64,000 nucleotides of DNA from a virus, in the IMG/VR virus record IMGVR_UViG_3300022554_000002, positions 130,474-194,473 of that record; one strand, written 5' to 3'. Of this stretch, positions 20,674-29,333 are shown one piece after another. The notes below the pieces were generated by a model that did not search any database, had not been told where the DNA came from, and saw only the letters and a list, made by a program, of their open reading frames with translations. How positions within the stretch are numbered: the stretch's first letter is position 1; each line of letters opens with the position of its first letter. Made by a program: the position numbers and the translations under genes.

Positions 20674-21122
20674 TCATTCTTCTCCCAAGGAAATATGATC
20701 CAATCATCTGTCTCTTTTCCAATGTAAACAGGTTTATATGGACACCAAGGCTTTAAAACCAATGCTGCTGTGCCTTGCCAATACCAGCGTTCATCAGCTA
20801 TGTAATCTTTAATTGTATAACCAGTGTCATAAACATCATCAATTAATAATTGTCCTTCTTGATGAAAGTGCACTGGTGGTTTTTTGATAATTTTAAGATC
20901 AAGTTTTAATACATAAGCTAGTATAGATGCTGGAATTATACCACCATTGGCAATTGCAACAATACCAGTAAATTTATGAATATCCGGTTTGATCTGTTCT
21001 GCTAACTTATTACAAAGATCAAAAACCTCTTCCCATGTCATTTCATGTAGTCGTTTAGATGGAGAACGATTCTGTGAATCCATACTTGCTGCTTTATATA
21101 GAGCCGCTAATTGTTCGTTCAT
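20670..21122 (-). CDS. Purine phosphoribosyltransferase (Gpt/Hpt-like)
   Basis: IVAIANGGIIPA, PRPP loop LLIDDVYDTGYT, WIIFPWE. Confidence 0.85.
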   Translation of the reverse strand: MNEQLAALYKAASMDSQNRSPSKRLHEMTWEEVFDLCNKLAEQIKPDIHKFTGIVAIANGGIIPASILAYVLKLDLKIIKKPPVHFHQEGQLLIDDVYDTGYTIKDYIADERWYWQGTAALVLKPWCPYKPVYIGKETDDWIIFPWEKNE

Positions 21123-21763
21123 TAAAAGTTTCCTTTAACCACTTGCTTGTACTGTTTATCAGGAGGATAAGCCCGTAAAAAAGCTTTACATAATTTTATC
21201 ATATACTTGTACCAATATTTTTTATGATACATCTGTGGCAAATCATTCATACTTTCTATTCTACGTTTTTCTATTAAATTTTTTGTATTACACCACAAAT
21301 ATAAAGCATTTCTTTTAGCTAAAAAGATTCTACAAGAATAGAATAAGGACAACATTTGACAGAAAAACTCATGCTGATCATAAAAATCTTTCATTGTAAG
21401 TTTTTGTATCTTTTTATTGTATAAATAAGCATGACCATACTCATGTACTAATGTACCTAGCAAATCTGTAGCACTGTGTGCATTGTAGAAATTATAACCA
21501 AGAGTTATAATTTTTAAAGTGTCATCATATTCTGCCAATCTATCATTACAAATTTTGTTTAATACAGTAATAGGAATTGATCTAATGGATATTGGCAATA
21601 CGATTAAGTTTTTCTGATTTTTGTTTACAAAAGGACCAATATCTGTTTGAGTTATATAAATAATTGCCTTTTTCAAATCACGTTTTAATCTATAATTTTT
21701 AAGAATTTTATCATATGTCCTAAAATTAGTAATAAGTTTATGCATGATAAAATCCTTTACCAC
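21122..21763 (-). CDS. HExxH metallopeptidase-like protein
   Basis: TLVHEYGHAY followed by HEFFC. Confidence 0.5.
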   Translation of the reverse strand: MVKDFIMHKLITNFRTYDKILKNYRLKRDLKKAIIYITQTDIGPFVNKNQKNLIVLPISIRSIPITVLNKICNDRLAEYDDTLKIITLGYNFYNAHSATDLLGTLVHEYGHAYLYNKKIQKLTMKDFYDQHEFFCQMLSLFYSCRIFLAKRNALYLWCNTKNLIEKRRIESMNDLPQMYHKKYWYKYMIKLCKAFLRAYPPDKQYKQVVKGNF

Positions 21764-22218
21764 CGGCTACAAAAATCAAAAATTACAGGTTTACCTCTAT
21801 ACCAACCAACATTATTAGAATGAACATCATATTTTGCATGAATATCTTTTTTGTATCTATCCAAAATAGTTCTCCACGCCTTGTATTGACGTGTTAATTT
21901 AACTTCATTCTGAATTAGTATTTTTCTAGTTTTATAAATTGGGTGTAAATAATCTTCCTTTATATCTTTTGGAACATAATAGCTATCATACTTATAACTA
22001 TCTGAATGTCTATATACTTTAATTATATATTCAGGATACTTTGGATGCTTTAAAATATTTTTGTAATATCCGTGGTTGCTTTTACAAATTAAATGAATAA
22101 ATCCATTTTCTGTTAGCTTTTTTACAATTTTATCTCCATTATTAATTTTACTTACTTCTAATTTTTGTATTACAGCAATAAGTTTCTTTCCTTTGTCGCA
22201 TGGCTTTACAATAGGCAT
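21757..22218 (-). CDS. Small protein-kinase-like protein
   Basis: YIIKV lysine strand, DVHSNNVG catalytic-loop-like motif and VIFDF. Confidence 0.5.
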   Translation of the reverse strand: MPIVKPCDKGKKLIAVIQKLEVSKINNGDKIVKKLTENGFIHLICKSNHGYYKNILKHPKYPEYIIKVYRHSDSYKYDSYYVPKDIKEDYLHPIYKTRKILIQNEVKLTRQYKAWRTILDRYKKDIHAKYDVHSNNVGWYRGKPVIFDFCSRW

Positions 22219-22227
22219 ATGAAACCC

Positions 22228-22485
22228 CTAATAAGGAATAATATCTCCATTTTCCTTCATGGCTTGGTCTTCTCGTTTATCCAAGTAACGTCTTCGGAAC
22301 TCATCAGCACAATGTTGTGCTGCATAAGTACAATCATGTAATGTTGTATATCGTTTTTCTTTCTTTTCCATATATAACTTCATTAATGTAAAAATACAAT
22401 ATTCCAATTCACCCTTTGTCTCAATATTTGGTAATAAGTATAAATCATCAAACCTCTTACGATCTTTTTCTTTGATGTATGGCAT
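22228..22485 (-). CDS. Conserved phage protein
   Basis: MPYIK...GELEY...EFRRR...ED...NGD pattern recurrent in phage nucleotide-metabolism clusters. Confidence 0.55.
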   Translation of the reverse strand: MPYIKEKDRKRFDDLYLLPNIETKGELEYCIFTLMKLYMEKKEKRYTTLHDCTYAAQHCADEFRRRYLDKREDQAMKENGDIIPY

Positions 22486-22681
22486 GGCTACTTCTCCTTT
22501 TTCTGAGTTTGTCCTATATTATTTTTTTGTTCTGCTTCCATGATGTATCTAAGAGCAGTTTGATGCCTAGTCTCTCCCCCAAATTTACTAGAAACAGCAA
22601 GAAGCAACTCATTATATTTTTTACGAATCTCATTCGTTTTACGTGCTCTATGATTGTGGCTCATAATTATTTTTCCTTAAA

Positions 22682-23275
22682 TTAATGTAAATCATTACAC
22701 AAAGTAGGATTGAAAAATTTAAAACCAACTTCTATTTTTTTATAGAAATCAATTAATGTGGCATCATTGGTAATTAAATAATCAAAATTATCAATCATCC
22801 AACCCTTCTCTGATTCATGAGTATCTGTATTAACTAATGATGGACGAACAATCTTAATAACTTTGCCATCTAATTCATGGATAGCATCAACTTCATGTTG
22901 AAATCTAACATCAGCAATAATGATATTAGAGTCTTTATTTACATTTCTTAAAAGAGATTTGACCCAAAGCTTTCTTCCAGTGGTAGTTTCAAACTGAGGG
23001 AACATTTTACAAAGCATTAACTGACCCCACTCCGTACCAATTGTGGTTAATGCTTGCCTAGGTGAGATGCCCCAAAAAGGATCAACAACCTCTTTTAAAT
23101 CACCATTAACATGCTCTTCTGTCCAACCAAAGATAATTTTTACCGCTTCTTTCATAGGTGTTGCCAATGACCGTTTTTCATAAGAAGGATCAATATTTCG
23201 TATAATGTAGTCAGCAGCAGTGTCTTTGCCAACACGCTTTTGTCCTAACATTCCTAGAATCATAGTATCCTCCAT
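22682..23275 (-). CDS. Deoxynucleoside monophosphate kinase
   Basis: GQKRVGKDTAA P-loop, SPRQALTTIGTEWG, IIADVRFQHE, HESE. Confidence 0.9.
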   Translation of the reverse strand: MEDTMILGMLGQKRVGKDTAADYIIRNIDPSYEKRSLATPMKEAVKIIFGWTEEHVNGDLKEVVDPFWGISPRQALTTIGTEWGQLMLCKMFPQFETTTGRKLWVKSLLRNVNKDSNIIIADVRFQHEVDAIHELDGKVIKIVRPSLVNTDTHESEKGWMIDNFDYLITNDATLIDFYKKIEVGFKFFNPTLCNDLH

Positions 23276-23294
23276 TTCAAATTATACAGGTGTA

Positions 23295-23939
23295 TCAGGG
23301 TTTTGTCAAGCGAAATTTCTTTCCATTTTTAGATCGTTGATAAGGGTCAAATTTATTCTTACTCATTCTATATAGTTGATTAAACCACGCATCAGGAATT
23401 GGCAATATTTTTTGTATCTTATCTTTAATTTTACTATTTGCATAATCATACCAAAAACAATAATCAACACTAAGGCAGATAGCCACAGCTTTTACCTGTT
23501 TTAGTGGTATTTTATATAGATTTCTATGAGAGACAACTTTAGTATGAGTATTCCAACCTGAAGAATCTGTACTAAATGGATCAGCTTCGTCTTTTAGTGT
23601 ACAAACACCGGATTTATTAGTATAATTATCCATTTTAGGTGGTAACCAAATAAACTTACCTTTGTTACGCCATATAATATGATTACCCCAAGTGCCGCAG
23701 GTTAGCCTTGGTGGTGTTTTTTTCTGTGTATCATCAGCAAGATCACTGTGATAATCTACATTAATTAGAAGATCACAAGGATTCTTATTTGCCCAATTTA
23801 ATATATGATGATGTTCATGATAAATCCGTATTGGAGCAGAGCAATTTTTTAATAGATATTTTATATATTTTGATAATGGTGTAATACTTTCCCAATAATC
23901 AAGATCAATAGACAGAAAAATAGACTTATTTTTAAACAT
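23295..23939 (-). CDS. UPF0489-like metal-dependent hydrolase
   Basis: LSIDLDYW, HHHIL, NVDYHSDL. Confidence 0.55.
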   Translation of the reverse strand: MFKNKSIFLSIDLDYWESITPLSKYIKYLLKNCSAPIRIYHEHHHILNWANKNPCDLLINVDYHSDLADDTQKKTPPRLTCGTWGNHIIWRNKGKFIWLPPKMDNYTNKSGVCTLKDEADPFSTDSSGWNTHTKVVSHRNLYKIPLKQVKAVAICLSVDYCFWYDYANSKIKDKIQKILPIPDAWFNQLYRMSKNKFDPYQRSKNGKKFRLTKP

Positions 23940-23965
23940 ATCTATCCTTTTAAAAATTATTCAGG

Positions 23966-24154
23966 TTATTTTTCGGCTTTATCGTCATTCAACGCATCCC
24001 AAATACCTCTTCGGAATACGTCTGGTTGATTCACTTCCAGCCATTTCACCATTGCCGAAATCTTGCTCTCTAACTTCTCAATGCGCGAGTTGAGTTCATC
24101 AAGCCTGTCGCACCATTCTCCGCAATGTGGGCAGACATTCTTGCCATCGGCCAT
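23966..24154 (-). CDS. Small Zn-finger/coiled-coil protein, GC-rich
   Basis: CPHCG motif, strong SD AAGGAGG, GC content clearly above the flanks. Confidence 0.65.
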   Translation of the reverse strand: MADGKNVCPHCGEWCDRLDELNSRIEKLESKISAMVKWLEVNQPDVFRRGIWDALNDDKAEK

Positions 24155-24173
24155 GCACCATCCTCCTTAATTA

Positions 24174-24635
24174 TTAATCGTCTTTTATTGAGTTAGCATG
24201 TAAATCATGAATTGCACGAAGACACATTGCAGCAGTTTGTAATAATTCTGTACATATTTGTTCTTCACTCCGTTTTTCTCGTTTCAATCGCACCTGTTCC
24301 CAATATTCATCTAATTCTTCTAAAATAACAGCATAAGCTTCATGATCCGAATTCATTGAGGCATGTAATTTCATTGCCCGTGTTAATTCAGATTCTAATT
24401 TACAAAGCATTATGTCTATGCATTTTTCATTTATTAAATCTGATTTACCTGATCCACAAACATACAACCTGCCTTTATTGTCCACCTTTGCGATTACCTG
24501 TCCCAGATATGAAGAATTTACTATTCCACTGTCTCCCGGCTTGCACCATCGACCAAAATGATAATATCTACCAAATAATTTCATTATTGGAGCAAGTAAA
24601 CGAATTATCATTTTCTTCTGTACCTTTTTTCCCAT
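24174..24635 (-). CDS. Protein with C-terminal MazG-like NTP pyrophosphohydrolase domain
   Basis: HEAYAVILEELDE...ELLQTAAMC (EExxE...ELxQ). Confidence 0.6.
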   Translation of the reverse strand: MGKKVQKKMIIRLLAPIMKLFGRYYHFGRWCKPGDSGIVNSSYLGQVIAKVDNKGRLYVCGSGKSDLINEKCIDIMLCKLESELTRAMKLHASMNSDHEAYAVILEELDEYWEQVRLKREKRSEEQICTELLQTAAMCLRAIHDLHANSIKDD

Positions 24636-24805
24636 GTTGCTAAAGCAACATCTGCACGTTTAAATTCTTTTGTCTGACACCCACAATTATCATTACAACA
24701 AACAACAGTAAAATATGAATTTACAATATCATAGAATTCGGTTTCTATATATTCATCTCTAGTTTGTAATTTAGCCTTTGAATTACAGAATGGACATCGT
24801 TTCAT
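24608..24805 (-). CDS. Lar-like restriction-alleviation Zn-finger protein
   Basis: KRCPFCN...VVCCNDNCGC...ALATWEKR. Confidence 0.6.
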   Translation of the reverse strand: MKRCPFCNSKAKLQTRDEYIETEFYDIVNSYFTVVCCNDNCGCQTKEFKRADVALATWEKRYRRK

Positions 24806-24809
24806 TTTT

Positions 24810-25082
24810 CTACCAATCTACCTTTTTAGCATTGATACAAGCATAGCCATAAATAGCAGTTAATGCAACATCTAACAACTCTTCTTTAAGTTTTTTAGCG
24901 GAACCACTATGCACAGCCTCATTGAATTCATCAAATTCTTCTTTTAGTAATCCTTGAATTTCGTGTCTAGAACTAAATGTGTGTGGTCCTTTTCGTTTTA
25001 TTTCTTTAAACAGCTTGGCTATCAAAGCATCAATAGCTACATTTACTTCATTTGTGGTTAGCTTTGGTCGTTTAGATAGCAT
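24810..25082 (-). CDS. MazG-like NTP pyrophosphohydrolase
   Basis: HEIQGLLKEEFDEF...EELLDVA. Confidence 0.6.
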   Translation of the reverse strand: MLSKRPKLTTNEVNVAIDALIAKLFKEIKRKGPHTFSSRHEIQGLLKEEFDEFNEAVHSGSAKKLKEELLDVALTAIYGYACINAKKVDW

Positions 25083-26454
25083 CTGGTTTATCTATTCCAC
25101 AATGTTTACAACAATATCTAATACTATTAAAACCAAAATTAACCCATTGATGATTACAAACTTTTACTGTTTCTGTTTTTACTTCCATTTCACCATTAAC
25201 AAGATGCGGTTTTAATGCTGGATGAATTATTGTCATATTTAAAGTAGAAGCACCATTTAATATGTCATCTACTGTGTCATATAAATCATTACTTGCTTTT
25301 GAATAATCAACATCATAAAAAATTATAAATTCTCTATTGTTAATACCTAATGGAAGTGGTGGGTCTTTTGGTAAAACAAAACCACCAGAACCCTGATAAA
25401 AATTCCAAACACCATATTGTGGGTTTAAAAAATTAAATATCTCTAATAAAAATCTTTTTGGATTAGACTCTTTCGTATGACATAAAACATACCTTTTGGA
25501 CACACAACCACTAATTACTTCGTCATAATAATGCATAATTAATTTTTTATTTGACGAATTAACAGTTTGAATATTCATATTTTAATATTTCCTAAAATTA
25601 ATATTCAGGATACGGAGTAGGAGGAATAAATTTCTTTACTGGATAAGTACGACACTTGGGATTGATAGCTTCCTTCCAAGCAGTGGCAACTTGATTATAG
25701 TGCATAAGCCTGTTATATGCAGACGTTGGAACACTAGGTGCTTTGTCTACAAGCTGTTCTGCAATAGCTTCAAAGTACTTAGCCCAAAGCTCATTACGAT
25801 GTTCTGGCTTCAATATCTTTGAAAGACGTGACAGTGCAAGCTTTCGACCGAACCATTTATTATACTGGTCCCTTGGGTTACAACTTGCACACTCTTCTTT
25901 AATAGGTACCCAAGCACCATTAACATCAATGCTAAGAACAACCAATGTGTCACCAAAAATATGCTTAAACGCCACACGGTGCTTCCTGCCGCTAAAAACT
26001 GTGTAAAATTTCATACGTGTTCTCCTTTTCGTTTCCTAGTTATATTATACTGTCTCAAAAGCCAATGTCAAGCGTTTTCTTCCCTAGAAATTAACCAACG
26101 CATATTCTGCACCATGTGAAGTGTCAAATTCAGCAATCATAGTACACACTCTCCTTTTAATCTTCGTTCCTGTTTCTTTTTAAGCTTCTCTAAACTATCA
26201 AGTGGTAAGAATGTTACTATTTGTGCTCGTAATTTGTCATAAACTACTAATACACTCTTACCCTTACATTCAAGTTTCCAAACTGTTGCCCTGTTAGAAG
26301 ATTTGTAAATGAACTCACCCTTATTACTTTGTATGTCATTTACTAATGCTTCCAAGTCAAGTCTGTTAACTATTAGTTTGTATCTTTGCCTTGCTCTCCT
26401 TTTTGCATGGTCACGTTCTGCCCTTCGCTTAGAATGGCTCATGCTGTACTCCAT
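25072..26454 (-). CDS. Three hypothetical proteins (25072-25578, 25598-26014, 26137-26454)
   Basis: Co-oriented; the last two each have an upstream TTGACA/TATAAT promoter. Confidence 0.6.
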
Positions 26455-26605
26455 ATTGAATTGTCAACATACCCTATTCAAATTATACAGGCAGATAGGG
26501 CATTTGTCAAGCATGTTTTTAATTTTTAATAAGGTTTCACTTAAAAGTTTGTAATAATTTTGGGATTATAATAGATGGGAGACTTTGTTTAGGAGTAACA
26601 CTTAA

Positions 26606-26914
26606 ATGGCTAATAATTTGCCTAGTGATGGAAATAATCGTGCAGTTCAGGCTTTAAAGCCTGTTGTTGGTTCATGGCAACGAATTGAGTTCAATACTAT
26701 ATCTGGTAATAAGTTTAACATTAGGGATGCTGAAATTGTACGGTTTCGTGCATCTCAGGAATGTTACATAGCATTCGGTGAAACTGTTTCCAGTGGTTGT
26801 ATGGTTTTAGATGATAAAGCCGCTGAATACTTCCATGTTACAGGTTTTGACCGGATTGAAGTTCTAGGAGTGTCTACTGCTGGCTATCTTAGCAAATTGA
26901 AAATGGATTACTAA
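26606..26914 (+). CDS. Hypothetical, possibly virion-associated protein
   Basis: SD AGGAG; first gene of a two-gene plus-strand unit. Confidence 0.6.
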   Translation: MANNLPSDGNNRAVQALKPVVGSWQRIEFNTISGNKFNIRDAEIVRFRASQECYIAFGETVSSGCMVLDDKAAEYFHVTGFDRIEVLGVSTAGYLSKLKMDY

Positions 26915-26936
26915 TCCCTTCTTTGAGGTTTTACCA

Positions 26937-29231
26937 ATGCTAGGTTCTCCCGGCAGGTTAACAAGAGTTGGAAATGTTTCATTAAATGCTATTAAAAAAA
27001 TTTTAAATAAGATTGGATTAGGATATTTAGCAAATAATGTTGTTTATATGCTTTACCCAAATGATCCTTCAAGGTCTGAAGGTAATAGGCATTATCTTTA
27101 CACGCCGACCGGCGGCTGGGCGCTTTCTGGGACCATGACAGGCACGATGGACGCCTACGGGGATGTGACGGGCGGCACGTTTGCTATGTCTGTTCCTGCT
27201 GGCACGGTAGATATGGTTTCGTACTGGGGCACTCCGCTCAAACACACGAAATTCCCGTTCCTGTCCATCGGATTCAACCGCTCGCTGACCGCTGGAGAGA
27301 TTGCATCCTTCACGTCTGCGCTGTCAACTTACGCTACGGCTGCTGGCGTTACGCCAGCCACTGCAAGCGTTACGTTCAAGTACGGATATTCGACCAAGTA
27401 CCCAACAATCACAGGGACAACCTACTACGTCGATCCAGTGGACGGGAACGATGCGAACGCCGGGACTGCTCCGGGTGCTGGCAATGCGTGGAAGACAGTA
27501 GCCAAGGTAAACGGATTCGCATTCAACGCTGGCGACGGTGTTCTATTTAAGGGGGGTAACACATACACGACCGCGCTGAAGCCAACTGCGTCAGGCACGT
27601 CTACTGCTCCGATAGTGTTTGGCGCATACGGAGTCGCAGGCTCAACGCCTCCGATTATCAACGCTGCAAGCCCAATACAATGCAACGGGAAAAGCGGCCT
27701 GATGTTTAGAGGGTTGGTTCTTAGAGGTTCTGGGGCGCAAGTAACGGCGCAGTCAAACGAGAGTTATATCTGGCTCCTGTCGTGCATCTTCGAGTCTGCC
27801 GGAACATTTGGATTCTACGGATCTGCTAATGCAGCCGTAGTTATTGACGGGTGCGTGTTCTCGCGTCCTGCTCGATACCCAATATATTGCTCTGGGGCGT
27901 CAACAATCACCGCAAGAAATTGCGTAATCTTGCCATGTGTCACATCATCGGATGAAGGTCCATACAGTATAGGCACTGGCGGTTCGCTGGATATAGATTA
28001 CAGCATAGTGAATACGCTGGTCACGCCATCGACAACAAGAGTAACGTATGGGTCGAACAATATCACAAGGGGCACACCTGGATTCACGTCATATCCTCCG
28101 ACACCCGCCGTTACTCCGAGAATCACGTTTACGGTCGATGATACAGCAAATCTGGCAGACTTCAGCGCGTTCTGTTCTGGCGTCCTTGACCCGCTTGGAT
28201 TGAAGGCCACGATTTTTGTATCACCTGCTGGTATGTCCGCTGGAGATCAGGCGACATGCGCAACCTTGGCGGCTGCGGGTCACGAAATAGCGAATCACAC
28301 GCTTAACCACGAAGACCTTTCCGCGACAAATGCCTTCACGGTTACTTCGACCAACACGAACCCTACGGTGGACGTTGACGTTGCAACCACAACCATCGCA
28401 TTCTCGTGTGATGAAGTCGGAAACCGCGTCACGTTCGATTGGTCTGGCGGCAAGACACTCACTGACCTCAAAGCGGCAGTGGCGGGAAAAGGCTGGACGC
28501 TGACTAACTCGGTGGAGAATGGGAAAACGAGACAGAATGGCTTGCTGATTGATTCGCTTGCTGATACGTCTGGAGCGCAAGCCGTACCATATACATGCGC
28601 TCTCGATATTTCCGCTACAAGTAAATTCTGGGATCACGAAATCAACGACGCAACGACGCAGATTGCCGCGATAACTGGAGTTACTCCGACGACGATGGCT
28701 TACCCATATGGCTTCAGTACAGCAAATTTAAGAACTTGGCTGGCGGCGCACACATCGCTGCTCGCCGCAAGAACGGTCGGAGGCGCAGTTCCGTCGCTCG
28801 CCTCGGTCCCCCAGTGGTTGATGATTCAGAGGCCATATCTTTACACCGCGTCATCCACAGAGGCGGATGTTCGGAAAATCGCAAGGGCGTTTCTTGCATT
28901 CGGAGCGTCTTGTCCGTCATATAATATTTTCTACGATCACGCCATGTCTTCGGACTTGAGGCAGCGTCACGCATGGTTCATCAATGAGTTTGTAACACTT
29001 GGCGGTGGAACACTGATGACGTTCGGCGCATTGGCCGCATGGATTAATGCGGACCATACGCTATCAAGCGGAACATGGACTAAGACGTATGACGTTACCG
29101 GAGCAGATTACACGCCATCATCTGGATCTGCGATGCTGACCGTAGGGAATCCATCCGCACCACACATCACGGTGGATGCGCTTGGCACATCCGCGCCAGT
29201 GTTTAGCAGCATTGGCGCAGTCCAGAAGTGA
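26937..29231 (+). CDS. Beta-helix plus polysaccharide deacetylase (NodB-like) fusion protein
   Basis: YYVDPVDGNDANAG...AWKTV and GDGVLFKGG (pectin-lyase-like start); FTVDD, KATIFV, GHEIANHTLNHEDL and MAYPYG (NodB motifs). From about 27100 the sequence is much GC-richer than the genome. Confidence 0.8.
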   Translation: MLGSPGRLTRVGNVSLNAIKKILNKIGLGYLANNVVYMLYPNDPSRSEGNRHYLYTPTGGWALSGTMTGTMDAYGDVTGGTFAMSVPAGTVDMVSYWGTPLKHTKFPFLSIGFNRSLTAGEIASFTSALSTYATAAGVTPATASVTFKYGYSTKYPTITGTTYYVDPVDGNDANAGTAPGAGNAWKTVAKVNGFAFNAGDGVLFKGGNTYTTALKPTASGTSTAPIVFGAYGVAGSTPPIINAASPIQCNGKSGLMFRGLVLRGSGAQVTAQSNESYIWLLSCIFESAGTFGFYGSANAAVVIDGCVFSRPARYPIYCSGASTITARNCVILPCVTSSDEGPYSIGTGGSLDIDYSIVNTLVTPSTTRVTYGSNNITRGTPGFTSYPPTPAVTPRITFTVDDTANLADFSAFCSGVLDPLGLKATIFVSPAGMSAGDQATCATLAAAGHEIANHTLNHEDLSATNAFTVTSTNTNPTVDVDVATTTIAFSCDEVGNRVTFDWSGGKTLTDLKAAVAGKGWTLTNSVENGKTRQNGLLIDSLADTSGAQAVPYTCALDISATSKFWDHEINDATTQIAAITGVTPTTMAYPYGFSTANLRTWLAAHTSLLAARTVGGAVPSLASVPQWLMIQRPYLYTASSTEADVRKIARAFLAFGASCPSYNIFYDHAMSSDLRQRHAWFINEFVTLGGGTLMTFGALAAWINADHTLSSGTWTKTYDVTGADYTPSSGSAMLTVGNPSAPHITVDALGTSAPVFSSIGAVQK

Positions 29232-29333
29232 GTGAAAGGTAACCGGACTTACCTTGATATGCCAAGTGCCGCAGGATTGGCTAATGTAGCAACATTGACT
29301 GCTCGTGGTTGGGACATGCTAGTTTCTAGTTAG
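29232..29333 (+). pseudogene. In-frame C-terminal remnant after the TGA at 29229-29231
   Basis: Same frame continues VKGNRTYLDMPSAAGLANVATLTARGWDMLVSS to TAG 29331-29333; resembles the PS..G......L..RGW C-terminal motif of phage surface/fibre proteins. Confidence 0.5.
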
